Below are positions 13,851 to 26,619 of a stretch of DNA of 64,000 nt, one piece after another. How positions within the stretch are numbered: position 1 is the stretch's first letter; the number at the start of each line of letters is the position of its first letter. The position numbers were made by a program, and so were the translations under genes. Location of the stretch: positions 1,650 through 65,649 of the forward strand of contig NW_021834409.1 of NCBI RefSeq assembly GCF_006345805.1. The letters run 5' to 3'. Origin of the DNA: Octopus sinensis (lineage: Eukaryota). The notes under the pieces are model-generated. The model was not told the origin of the DNA. It worked only from the letters and a program-made list of their open reading frames with translations, and did no database searches.

Positions 13851-15229
13851 TGTGAGAATGCAAGTGGAGGGAAATCAGTTCCTCGAGTACTTGAACTGCA
13901 TTCACGTGTCCGAAATCACGACGTTTCTGGTCCCCGATGACTCTCGGTGGAATATATGATGGGATTGAGAGAGTTTCCTACGTCAGCACTCATTACCGTC
14001 GACAAAGGGACTGGGGATCTGTTGTTGACAGGGTTTTTTATGTCGTGTAGTCTTAGGCACAATGAGTAGTCTATTCTGGGGACTGAAGGTGGACGAGTGT
14101 CTGTCATTGGGGATCATTTCGACCAATCTTTCGGGAGAGGACAGTTTTACACATACAGTAGTATTAGATGAGTTCATACGACTGCTGTATTTCCCTGATT
14201 CACGTGTTTGGTGGTCGGAAAGTTTGCACGTCAGATTTTGTGATGAAAGTTTAAAATTCATCAACCCTAAGCAAGACGTTGCAGTTCTTAATAATTACAA
14301 AATTTGAGGACGACTATTTTTAGTCAAATTCCTTATGAAAAAATCGAACAGTTTTTTTTAAAAACTGCAGTTATCTGGAATGAACCAGCTGAGTTGCATG
14401 AAGTCCTCAGGGAAACACTTTACTGGGCTTACAATGAAATCCGCAAAGTACAAAAGGAGTTTTTGTTATGTAACTGCAGTCGAAGGGCCTTTAATTGTCA
14501 GTAGCACCCGTAAAGGATGGACCGGCCTCAGGATTGTCGATCGAAATAAAGTCGAAGTCACCCTCGTTATCACCATGTTCCTATCGCTGATGTAACCACA
14601 AAGCAAGAACACTTATAGATCCTCAAAAAATAGATGGCCAGTGACAAGTCAGAAAGCTTTTGATAACTTTGCAAAACTCTTATTGAAATTTTCAACACTT
14701 TACTTTTTTAAAGATGTGAATAGTAGAATGGGATGCTTAATTGCTGACTATATTTTGTCTACTGTGGACGTCCCAATCTTGTATTCCCTTCATAGTATTT
14801 GATAAGAAACCTCTATATCGAACCTCACGAAGGAGACGTGGCAAATTATTTCTGAATCATCAGTTCTTGCAACTTTTGAAGACAAAAAAACAAAAGGCTA
14901 CAAATTGGAAAAATAGCACAGTAGATTTTAGCCAATCAGAAACCTTTAAAAACCTAAAGCAAGACCTCTAAATTGATAATCACTGAGATGCTGCTCCAAG
15001 CCATTGGCAGCTGATATTGATGAAGCAAAGTGTGATTTCTGTGTTCTCTGGTGACATGTGCTTGATTTCAAGATTAATAACTGTCTTTGGTTCAGGAATA
15101 ATGCCATGGAGCCTTTAACAGTTAAATCAACGTGAGAGATTTGCTTTAAATTAGAAATATGTAGCACCGTATCTGTCCCAGGCCTAAACTTGAAGACCAG
15201 GGTAACGACAATGCATTGATTTAGGCCTC

Positions 15230-15560
15230 ATATCTGGCTACGAGTCATCTTTGATACTCGTAGTCTTTTTAAGGCGAATAAAACTTTTCTTAAAACAATC
15301 ACCACCTAAGATGATATGCAATTATATTATTTAATATACTAATAACTACTTTTCGATAGATTACCAGGACTAACACCATCGTAGACATACTGTCCCTTTG
15401 TACTATGCCACTCTCTAGCTTAACCTCGCCTATATCACCTCTCCATCACAGTTGCAACAAAAACCACGTAGGCAACTTAAGTCTTGGTAAGTTTCTGTGA
15501 GCTCTTGATTTGTGCCTGCTCCTTGACTACCTCGCAATCCCTCCGACTACCTGGCTGTAA
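15230..15560 (-). mobile_element. Strongly decayed R4/NeSL-like RT remnant
   Basis: GEVKLESGIVQRDSMSTMVLVL resembles GKVKLSRGILQGDSLSPLLFV at 50880-50940. Confidence 0.4.
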
Positions 15561-16362
15561 TATTTAAATAGATCAAGAGTTTTTAAGATTAAGTATTATG
15601 TCAATGGAATCATCAAGATACCAATAATAATTTAGCATGCTGTTGGCAATCAAATACAAAAGTAAATGACCTTCTATACATGCACCACACAAATTACTAA
15701 AACCATGTGCATCTTTGAAAATATTAAAATATATAAAAAAATAATTTAATATTAGTCAGTATATTTTATTGAAAAATAAAATTTCCATTGGATAAAATTA
15801 TAAATTCTATCCTCAATAGCGTAATCGTTTTTAGGAGTAGTTGTCTGAATAAAATAAATGGAGCATATCAATTCAATTAAAGAAACCGCTCGAGTTTTGG
15901 TGAATACATCCGAAATGTATTTGGATTTCATCGAAGTTGCAGATTCAATCTGTGGCTCACAAACTGTTTGTTAAGCACAGATATCTCAGAGACTTAATGG
16001 GTTATATGAGTTATTATTCAACAGGGAAGGATCTTTTCAAAATGACCATCAAGTTAGAAAAATCAATTTTCATTACAATAAATATTTGAGCTCATGGTAC
16101 GGAAAATCCCGTACTGGGTTTGGTTGTGATTTCACAAAGTTCTTGATGAGTGTATTCTCCAAGGGCTTCATACTGGAGAGATTTTATAAAAATGGGGAGC
16201 CCCTAACTCTTAAAAAACTTATTATCACCTATAAAGTCGAAACACGGACTCTAATATCTATTGTAATGAATATTGATTTAAAAGAAATGAAATTTAATTG
16301 GTATTAAAGCAAGTCAATGGCAGGTATTTAATCTCATTTAGACTTTCTCGTCTGTAAAAAGT

Positions 16363-19300
16363 ATGATGGAATATTATTTAATATTATCCTCACCCGAACA
16401 TATTACTAACCCCAAATCAGCACTCTCCCGTTTTGCCCTTCTCACTATCTGTGGGGATGTGGAACCTAATCCCGGCCCAGAGAGACATATATCAATTCTC
16501 CAACTAAACATCAACGGAGTTACTGGAAAATCAACAGAACTAAACTCTTTTTTGATCAAGCATGATATCGACATATGTGTACTTCAAGAAACATAACTCA
16601 ATCCTTCTTCCCAGATCTACGCCCGTTTGATAATCGCGATAATTATTTGTGGGGACTTGAATGCAAAACACCCGCATTGGTTAAAGTCACAAACCGCTGA
16701 CTCCCGAGGAAAGTCTATTCTCGAGCAATTGGACAACCTTGTAATCCTGAACAACCCCTCACTGCACACAAGAACTCCATACAACACCAAGGACAAGCCT
16801 ACCTCCCCCGATCTGACCCTCTGTTCTTCCAACCTCGCACCTCTGGTCAAATGGGGCGTTACCTACGATCTACGGAGCGATCACAATCCGCTAATTATAA
16901 AAGTCCAAGTCAAACCGCCCATTAGAAAGGGGTTCCGCAACCTGAAATACGACTACAAGCACGCAGATTGGGTCAATTTTGCCTATTCTATTGACAAAGC
17001 ACTGGTTAACTTTGATGTACATGATTTCGACTCGATCGATAACGCCCTCAAGCACTTCTACCGAACAATTTTGATTGGAAGAAAATCATTCTTAAGAATG
17101 AGGAAAATTTATCCAAAACCAGTAAGAAAATTTCCGTCGGGGATTCTACCTCTAATCGAGGAACGGAACTCATTGAAAGGTCGCTCTCATCTTACAAAAG
17201 ATAACCGGCACCGGATCAGACTACTGAATAAAGTCATAGAACAATCTGCAAAAAACAAACGGTACGGGATGGCCGAAAAGTTCGCCAGAGGATTAAATGC
17301 GGAGGTCCCACTAACAAAAGTATGGGCATCCCTAAGAAGATTCACAACCCCTGAGAGATCTAAATCGGGTGAGGATAATGCGGTTCCCTTCACCAACAAA
17401 CTGATAAAGTTCTACGCTGGGATCAGCAACATCCCCCACAGGAAATACGATGGACCATGCTTGAAGTCGTTGAAACCTCGAAGATGTCGGACTCAAGAGG
17501 AGGTGTCTCAGACCATCAGAAATTTAAGAAGCACTGGCTCTTGTGACCTGACGGAATTCCTACTATTCTGGTGAAAAACCTAGGACAGGTGGCAATATCA
17601 GCTCTTTGTCAAATTTACAACTTTTCTATAAACAACAACGCAATGTCCACATCGTGGAAAATGGCACACATTCGCCCTATTCTGAAACCAGGGAGACCAA
17701 AAGACAACCCGGCGTCCTACAGGTCAATATCTCTCCTCTGCGTCCTTTCCAAAGTTCTGGAAAAACTTATACTCAACCACATCAAACAATATCTCTCGGA
17801 TTTGGACTTTCAACATGGATTTAAATGTGGTAAATCACCCACCTCGCACTTTGTCACTTTGACGAACTTCATTTCAGATGGACTATCTACCAAACCGTAT
17901 AAACAAAAAACGGTTATATGCTCAGTGGATATCCATAAGGCTTTTGACTCCATTTCCAGGAAAATACTGACCAGGAAAATATACCTTAGTGGAATTCACC
18001 CAAGACTGAAAATGTGGCTAGCTAACTTCTTCAGCGGCCGAAGAGACAGAATCCAACAAAACAATACAAGATCGATGTCTCGATACTTTCCAAACGGGGT
18101 CCCTCAAGGCTTCCCCCTTTCACCAGCCCTGTTCAACTTATTCTTATCGGATCTACCGCTACCAAACGACAAAGACTCAATCATTTTATCATACGCTGAC
18201 GATATCGTAATTGCTACCCGGAGCCGTGAGGTGAACACGGCGAGCACAAAACTGCAGAACCACCTTAACAATCTCGAAAGTTGGCTCTCGCTAAACCGAC
18301 TATCAACGAGTCCGGAAAAATCGGTCACCACGCTTATGACCTCAGCAAGGAAGCTTGGGAAAACGGTGGTGAACCTGTACCTAAATAACATGGAAATCCC
18401 GTTTCAAAAATCTCAGAAAATCCTCGGGGTGACTTACGACAGTCATATGTGTTTCTCTCAACAAGCCGATAATATTACTACGAGGTGCATGAAGAAACTG
18501 AACATCTTGAAAGTGTTTCTTCGTAAATGCAGACAGTGTATCAGCTTCCCTGCACGACAAGCCTTATACCGGCAATTCATCGAACCCTCCCTTAGCTATG
18601 CTTGTGAGGCGTGGGGAGGGTTTATCAGTGGAACGAACCGCACTAAAATCGAGAAAACTCAAGATCGTTTCCGAAAAGCACTACAGGGACCGAACGAACA
18701 TCTACAGTACCGGTCATATGTTTTAGACATTCTGAAAAAATCCCAGTGTTTGATTTTTCTAAAGAAAAATCCAATAAAATAAAAGTTTTTTAGTAAGTAT
18801 TATCTATATTATTTATATATTTATCATTTTCATATCTTATCTTCGCTTTATCTTCGACTTCTTCATATGTTTAAGGATTTTGTCGAAATTGGCCCAGTCA
18901 TATGTTTTAGACATTTTATTTAAATTCATTATATTTCAATAAAATTTATACTTTTTTTCTATTTTTCGTATCGGAAACGTGTTTTAAATTAATTTGAAAG
19001 CAGTATGCCACGACTTTCTGTTGAACAGCGTCATAGAATTGTTTTTATGCGAGAAAATGGTAGAAAATTGCTGGCATTGTTCCCTTTTCTTCAAAACTCA
19101 ATTGTCTGGCCATAATAAGTTATTATAGCGTGCAAAATATTAATAATTTGTAAAAAAATCATATATTTAATAACATTTACAAATAAAAAATTTGTTCGTT
19201 TTTTATTTTGGTTCAGATTATACTTTTGCCGTAAAAAGGCGGTAAATATATTTTTTTGCAAAAATAAAAATATTAGTTATTGTTTATATATTGTTAAAAT

Positions 19301-20224
19301 TCTATTTAGATATTTTTTTTGATTCGTTTCTTGGAAATTTTAGGAAAAATGTAGTGTTCGTTTTTTATTTTGGTTTACTGTATACTTGAATTTATTACGG
19401 AGGATCCGAAATTAATAGAAATTATTATGGAGAAAGCAAGAACAATTTTCGATAAATGGTCACTCAAAGTCAACGAAGAGAAAACCGAAATAATTACCAT
19501 CGAACGTATGCCAACTCGCATAGATGAGAAGTGGCGAAACGTCCGAAAACTCGGATCTCTTCTTGGCGATTCCGAAGATATTACCAGACAACATAATAGA
19601 AAATTGCTGGCATTATTTAAAGAGCAAAATCAGAAATAGAAACCCTCAGAACGTTAAGCAACTATGGGAGATGGCAAAAGATGAATGGAACAAGATGGGA
19701 GATGATTATATTCAAAACTTGTATTTGTCGATCCCAAATAGAATACATGATGTAATATCGAAAAAAGGAGATGTAACTAAATACTAACTTGTGTTTTAAT
19801 TAATAAAAACTCGTTTTAACTTTTAAAAATTCCAGATTATGGATGTGCATCGTAAATGTCTAAAACATATGACTGGGCCAGTTTCGACAAAATCTATAAA
19901 AAGATCAAGATGTCGAAAATACAGTGACGATGAGATTGGGAAAAAATAAATAACTAAAAAAAATGGATAATGCTTAATGAAAAGCATTTTTTTAATAAGA
20001 TTTTTCTTTAGAAAAATCAAACACTGGGATTTTTTCAGAATGTCTAAAACATATGACCGGTACTGTACTCATCGCCCCATTTAATGAAATCTTGAGAAGA
20101 AACCTCGGGGCTACAGGGCCTAAAACACCACCACCGCGCCCTCACAGAAATTGTGCCGGGACAAGGGAGGAGCACGGGCAAAGTTGAGGACCCTCCTCAG
20201 AGAAGCCGGGATCACCTGATTAAT
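16363..20224 (+). mobile_element. Ingi/Jockey-like LINE (2A motif + APE + RT), interrupted by a Tc1 element at 18705-20065
   Basis: CGDVEPNPGP, then ILQLNING..LQET; GDLNAKH, PDLT, SDHNP; RT motifs KAFDSI, GVPQG, YADD. The 3' end resumes at 20068 and matches the uninterrupted paralog at 28105-28322. Confidence 0.85.
18705..20065 (+). mobile_element. Non-autonomous Tc1 derivative with long perfect TIRs and captured DNA
   Basis: About 67-bp perfect TIR CAGTACCGGTCATATGTTTTAGACATTCTG..., TA duplication at 18703-18704 and 20066-20067, inner DRs near 18880-18910 and 19855-19890. Transposase start MPRLSVEQR at 19005 and end NIIENCW...KKGDVTKY at 19592-19787. Confidence 0.95.
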
Positions 20225-20509
20225 AGTTTTATGTTTTGGACGGTGATCTTGGTTCTAATAATAATTGTCTCGTCAAATAGCCGTTTCATTCCGGATGGTA
20301 TTAGATCATTTAATCGAGCATATTTTTTGTTAGCATTCATCCTCTTTAGTTTAGTTCTATGATCCAACTCATTCATTATATGTTTAAATAAAAATCCCTG
20401 ACTAATAAGTAGTAATGGTAAAAGTATAATCATTAGAAAAAATAAAATATTTTTTTAAATCTATTTTTGTTCACAAATAGTTATTAATATAATTATTATT
20501 AAGGTTTTC

Positions 20510-21050
20510 TTATAACAAACCTGTATATGATAAAAAAGAGAACGTAATTTGGATTGTGGAGGTGGGAGTTACTTCTCAAGATAATTTACAGCGAGTAGAA
20601 CTTGAAAAGTTAAGAAAATATGATTTGCTCGCTAATGAATTATCCCTGATTCACCAGGCCAGAGTGAATATAATTCCTGTTGTCCTTACATGGGATAGCA
20701 TTGTGTCTAAATATTTTTAAAAATATTTGGAGTCGATCAGAGTGAGAGAACATCTGGTTGCTTATATGCAATCAATTGTGCTTAAGCGTACGATGAAGAG
20801 CACTCTGCTGGACTTTCGGAGAGGTCTTTCGCAAATGGATTATGAAGCCCGGATTGAGGAGGTACTCTCAAAATACGAGGAAGCTAACGGGATCGGTGAC
20901 CGAGAGATCGCGGTGCGTCGACTTGTCGAGGATGCCTACCATGTTCCTTTTCTGGATGGTTCGAAACGAGTTAAAATTGACGGAAGTGTGGGCCCTGGGA
21001 TGATAGATCGGGAAGATAGTGGAGCTCGTAGAGTGGACTCCGAAGGCTGA
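20510..21050 (+). mobile_element. R4/NeSL-like retrotransposon 3' fragment (RLE endonuclease)
   Basis: KP.IYDKKENVIWIVEVGVTSQDNL...EKLRKYDLLANEL...IIPVVLTWD, homologous to 52180-52400. Confidence 0.8.
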
Positions 21051-21569
21051 AGGGTCTTTTAAGTAATTATTTGTTAACATAAATATTTTATCAAGGTTTT
21101 CTGAAATAAAAATTATTGTTTTTAATATAAAATGTCACGGGTTGGATAATGCCTCTCAACGCGTGAAAATTTGTTAATTTTTGAAAACAAAAGGATAGTT
21201 TTCATAAAATACAAAAACCAGAGGTTGCGCTTTTTGGCCAAAGAAGAAAAGAAACTTAAACTAAAATTACTATGTGATCTCAAAATGCGTTCAGTGTCAG
21301 GTGCGTATTTATTAAATTATTTGTAGTCAAAAAGATGATGGTAACTAAGTCAACAAGTACTCCTATTATTGCAAGAGGGTCTAAAGATCGCTATATCGCA
21401 GATTCAGTGGATTTAAAAAAGTATACCAGCCTTAATAGTGATAATGGATGGGTATTCATTTCTGAATAAATTGTAGTTGGTTGTGGTTATAAATTTATTA
21501 AAAATACAATGGGAGAAAACCGAGAACGAAAGAGGCGAAACAAAACAACTTAAGCCAATCGGATACTAA

Positions 21570-21960
21570 AGCATTATCAATTGCGGTGGACAAGGAGGAA
21601 ACTGCTAAGATACGCGCAGCTTTTGGGATTCTGGATGGGATTTGCCGGAACGGCGGAAGAGCTTGATCGATTAAAAAACTTCCTCAGCAGAAGGGGATGT
21701 TGCGAATGGCACTTTTTCGAGGATTTCTTGCGGGCTGGAACACTGAACCGGCTGGCAAGTGCGGCAGGAAGGTCAGTTCCAACTTAAAAGAGAGGCAGAA
21801 ACGCGCCTGGAAAAATGCACACAAGAAAGGTGGAAGAATCTGTCACAGCTAGAACAGACTCTCCCTTTCTTGCGGTTGTTACTAACTTTGCAAGAAAAGC
21901 ATAAAACCGTAGTAGGTTGGCGACAGAGAGACATAAAAAAAGAGCGAGACAGGAACAATA
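21570..21960 (-). mobile_element. 5' fragment of a CRE-like element with PHD-finger-like Cys cluster
   Basis: LCFSCK..GRVCSSCDRFFHLSCVH...W..C..C, then IPSRIPKAARI; same layout as 41472-41830 (RIPKQARI). Confidence 0.65.
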
Positions 21961-22039
21961 AAAAAATAGACTGACAAAGATAAATGAGAAGAAAAAGAAA
22001 AGAAAAAGAACAAAAGAAAAAGAATTGAAATGAGAGAAA

Positions 22040-22080
22040 GATAGATGGATAGATATATGGATAGATAGATGGATAGATAT
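22040..22080 (+). repeat. Imperfect (GATA/GATG)n microsatellite
   Basis: gatagatggatagatatatggatagatagatggatagatat. Confidence 0.8.
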
Positions 22081-22989
22081 TAGGAATGAAATTAAAAACG
22101 TCACAAGAAACGACACGACACGTGGAATAGTTAAATTATAATTAGATTTTTGTAGGTGTTTATTTTACATTTAAAAAATCTTTTCATTAACAATCTGATC
22201 AAACTTAAAGAGCTTGCATATATAGATTAAATTTTGTGCGATAGAATAATAATCAATCGAAAACAATGTATGCAGGTCAATTTCCGAAATGTAATATCCG
22301 GATCTCAAACTGCAAAGAATAGCACTAACCAAAATTCAAAAGCACGTTTACATAAATTTATTATTTTATTTTTCTCAAAATACTTTAATGAAATATTGTA
22401 ATAAAGTAATTTAGGCGATTTCTCATCTTTGAATAATAAAGAGTTTAATTCTGATTGTTTAAAAATCGATTAAAAATTGCTTATAATTATTATATATTCA
22501 AGGAGAAACGATCAAAGAGAAATGATCATCGGGAACGGACATAGCTATTCCAACGCGTATCAATAGTGATCTTGCGTGGGAATTGCCATTCATCTTATCC
22601 TCTGCTGCTAATTAAATATTTATTAACACTTTTTAAAAAATAAATGATAAAATTATGTATTGCCTGATTAGTCAGTTATTAAAACTTTCCTGAATGAAAT
22701 GTTGATGTGATGGGCATTCTCATTAAATAGAGACGGTGGATCGTCTTGGGCAAGTAAAAAAGTGTCAAGAAAGTTTTGATATCATTAAAAAAATAGGGAA
22801 CTCAATCGAAAAATATATCTCTGTTATTAGTGATTTAATCAATGAATATGAAACACGTTTGAATAATTTTAAAGAAGCTCTACATATTATGAAAATATTT
22901 CCGTCACCTATGGAAAAAAATACTGTAAACGCTTCATGTATGAGCTGGAGCTAATTTAAATTGAGGCAGATTTACAGAGCTATTTAATT

Positions 22990-23413
22990 TAGGTAAACTA
23001 TTGGATTTTTGGAGTCAAATTCGAGAATGAAAATATCCGAACTTGGTCGATAATGCTAAAAATGCATCAGTCTTTGGAAATACGTATGATGTGTAGATCT
23101 TTTCAGTAAACTTATGCGAATAAAAAGTAAGTATCGAAATCGATTAACTAGTGAACACCTAATTCAACTTTACGAACTTTGTCTTTGAACTTTACCCCTC
23201 TTTTAAATAAAATAGTAGACGCCAAGCAAAATCAAGTCTCACATTGATTCTCTTATTAAACTAATAAAGCCTTTTTTGATCAAATAAAATATTTTTTGTG
23301 CGGCCCGGAATGATACTCATAATTATCGATTTAGTCCTTAAGCTAAAAAGTTTGAGAACTAATCCTCTTAATTATTGATCTGGCCCTTGAGCTAAAAATG
23401 TTGAGAATCACTG
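22990..23413 (+). mobile_element. 3' remnant of a hAT (Charlie-like) transposon with a doubled right end
   Basis: Decayed KYPNL...FGNTY...IKSKYRNRLTSEHL. Right TIR (reverse complement CAGTGATTCTCAACATTTTTAGCT) ends at 23413, with a partial second copy at 23335-23360. Confidence 0.7.
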
Positions 23414-24079
23414 CGAGACATAAAATCGGACTGCAGGGTACTGTTTTATTAGTGTTGCACGTGAAGTTTGCGGCCTGCATGTTTGACACTCATCGTCTAA
23501 GATATCTATGTTCGATAGTAGAACCATCCGTATAGGTGGTGCCTGCTTAAGGGAGAGCTTTTTCCATCATGTTAAAGTCCCCTGCTTCAGAAAGACTGTG
23601 ACTAACTCGAAAACAGCTGAGTTTGTGCGTTGGGCTAGAGTTTTTTTCGTTTGGTCATTTTAGATTTTAGTGGAAGTACCTGCTTTTTTAAATCTTCTAT
23701 CGCTTCATTTGTAAAGTCAGATTGGGAGGAAACAGCGATTTAGGGTTCTGTACTTTTACTTGTAGGGGGATATAAATAGGATGCATGTAAATTGAAGGGA
23801 TGTAAGGTTGACTCTGATCAAAAAAGTAATAATCAACTAAAGAGATTCCAAGATCGTTTTCTAGAAAGAAAAAAAGTCAGCCAAGTCTAACTAGCAAATC
23901 CGAGAATTAAATGAAAAGCCCAGCTTTTAATGAAGTTTTTTTCTACTAGGAAAGAGGATGTGTCTCTAAACTAAATCTTTTGTTTAACTAACTATGATCG
24001 CTTAAAGATTACTGTTTATAAATAGCTCGTGCCATTTGTAAATAGCGATTAGCGACATGAAACTGATAAAAAGGATGGT

Positions 24080-24260
24080 TATTTGCAGAAAAAAATAATT
24101 TGAAAAAATAGGGTGTAATTGAGCGCTTTAATCAAACATTGACACGGGGTATGGAAAAACTGATAGATAATAAAAATTGAAAACATTTTTAGACAAAGTT
24201 ACGTTTTTATAATACGACACATCATTCGGCGATAAATGAGCCTTTCTTCAAAAAGTATAG
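24080..24260 (+). mobile_element. Decayed retroviral-type DDE integrase fragment
   Basis: GVIERFNQTL...YNTTHHSAINE. Confidence 0.5.
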
Positions 24261-24480
24261 AGATATTTCTGGAATTAAACGTGCCATTCGTGAAATATTA
24301 GGTTATAATCTCACTTTTAATTTAGATGAAAATAATGAGGCCTCGATTGTAGTAGATAAACTTGATGGAAAATATACGATGCATTTAGCTTTTCACTTCC
24401 ATACTTAAGTAGCTTCTATTACAAAATAACAGTGCATTATTCAAATAATTAATTTAAAGTTAGTAAGTTGGTTTAGGAGT

Positions 24481-24633
24481 TTATGCAGTCTTGCGAATCA
24501 TAAATCCACCAAATGAAATAATAGCTTTCTGAGTTAATTCTTTTAATTCGTCGTCATTTCCATTTGCAACGACAACGTGACGTGGTTTAATTCTTCTTTT
24601 TCCACATTTTACTGCTGTATTTCCAGCGAAACG
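24481..24633 (-). pseudogene. Divergent histone H2A-like C-terminal exon
   Basis: RFAGNTAVKCGKRRIKPRHVVVANGNDDELKELTQKAIISFGGFMIRKTA* aligns to H2A [40 protein letters not shown]. AG acceptor at 24634-24635. Upstream exons unresolved. Confidence 0.55.
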
Positions 24634-25364
24634 CTAAAAATCAAGAAATACAGTGCATTATCTCACCGCCATATCTTTAAATTTCAGAAATACAATCTCC
24701 TTCCAAATTAATTGTCGATTCTCTATGAAACAGAAATAAATATTATTATCGCAGTCTTTATTTCAGATATCTGGACCATCATTGAGATATCCGCTCTGGT
24801 ATTTACACTGTTTATAAGCTACTAGGTGAAATTGTGTTTTAATTAAAATTATCTTAATTTTTAGTTACCCAATTATTAATAGAAAACATAAAAAATTGTG
24901 GCATGTGTGAGCACTCATTTGCTTGTTGTCCTGTTACATTATTTGTTCAATCTTTATTTTTTTTATTTAATTGGATTAGAAGGAATATTTTGCGATGTAG
25001 TTTCTTTTAATTAATAAATTATCTGAAATTTCATCATTTTGTAATATTTGCGAGTTTATTCTTTCAATCTGTTTATATCGCTTATTTGAAATCTTCTCAT
25101 TTATCTTTATTCATTGAATTTCATCTTATTTTTTGATAGAAAGTTTTATTATTTATATTCTTATGGCAAACTTTTATTTATTTGTTCCTGGATTTGGCGA
25201 TCTTATATTTTAGCGTCCTAAAATCTAAAATGATCAATTTCTACCAAATTTTAATCATTATTGTTATATTTTTTTTAAACTGAACACGAATTTAATTATT
25301 GTTATTTTATTTTTATAAATTTTATTTTTTTTTATTCAATAATAACTGTAAATATAAATTATTA

Positions 25365-26510
25365 TGTCACAGGCCTGAGTGGTTATACTTTCGGACTTAG
25401 AAAAAAATTCAAAAAAAATATTTGAATTCTATTTCAAAATTTATTTTGCCAAGATAAATTGTTGCGAGCGCAGTGAGCGATCGAGCACTGCGAGCGATCC
25501 ATCAATGTCAATGATTGTCAAAAATAAAAATAATCTATTACATCAAAGTTAACTAAGGTCAATTATTGACAATTAACAAAAGATAATTAACCATAATTTT
25601 AAGTCGAATTGAATTTCTTTAGTCGCCTTGAATGAACTTTCCTAATAGACCCAGCACTATCTTCGACTTGGACAAAATTGTTGGACAATTTTTTGACAAT
25701 AGTTACTGGATCCCCATACGGATGTTCAAATTTCTTTAATAGAAGAGAAGGATTCGTCCCATAATCTTTTTTTATACGAACCTTTAAGTAATTAAGAATG
25801 GAATACAATATCTCCAACATCTAACTCATATTTTGATCGATGGACTCCCATCTTCCTATTCATTCTTCTATAATATGAAGACTGCAAATTCATCCTCTTA
25901 AAATTAAACTGGTACTCATCATCTTTACTAATAAATAACAATAAAAAACCTTTATTATAAATGTCAGGATTTTCTACAACTTCCAATTCTTCCATATCAA
26001 AACTTTTTGGATTTTCCTCAACACCTGATTCAACAACAGTGTTGAATCCAGGAATACCACGATATCTTTGGAATGGACTAACGCCTAGAAAATAAAAAAA
26101 TGCAATTTACATGTGGATGAATGAGCTCTCTGATTGTATAAAAACACAGCCTTCCGAATGTGTTTTATCCACTCTTTTTTATCATCAGAAGCCATCAATT
26201 TGGATAAACTCCTTGTGATTGTCTGATTAAATCTTTCAACTATCCCCTGACTCTGAGGATTGTTCGGCCTTCCATGTATTTGATTAATTTTGAATTCTTC
26301 ACATAAATTTGAAATATGAATATTTTAAAATTCTGTCCCGTTATCAGACTGCAAATATCTGCAGGGGCCATAATCCATGAAAATGTCGTTTAATTTTTCA
26401 GCGACTTCAATTCCACTTTTATTTCTAAGATTCCTTGTGATGGCATATCTCGAATAGACGTCAATAACAGTCAACAACCAAGAAAATTGATCATTATCAT
26501 TTACAAACCT
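25365..26510 (-). mobile_element. Ginger-like (integrase-type) DNA transposon, 3' part
   Basis: LLTVIDVYSRYA...LQSDNGTEF...PQSQGIVERFNQTI...YN..HSST|VSPF. TGTCACA end at 25365. 26-nt intron at 26085-26110. Confidence 0.65.
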
Positions 26511-26619
26511 TGGGAATAAGACAATTTTATACCTTTTTAGGTCAATCAGATCAATCTGAAATCTCTCATTCGGTACATCCGCAAAAATATGACTTACGTC
26601 GTCATATTGTTTCAGTGGG

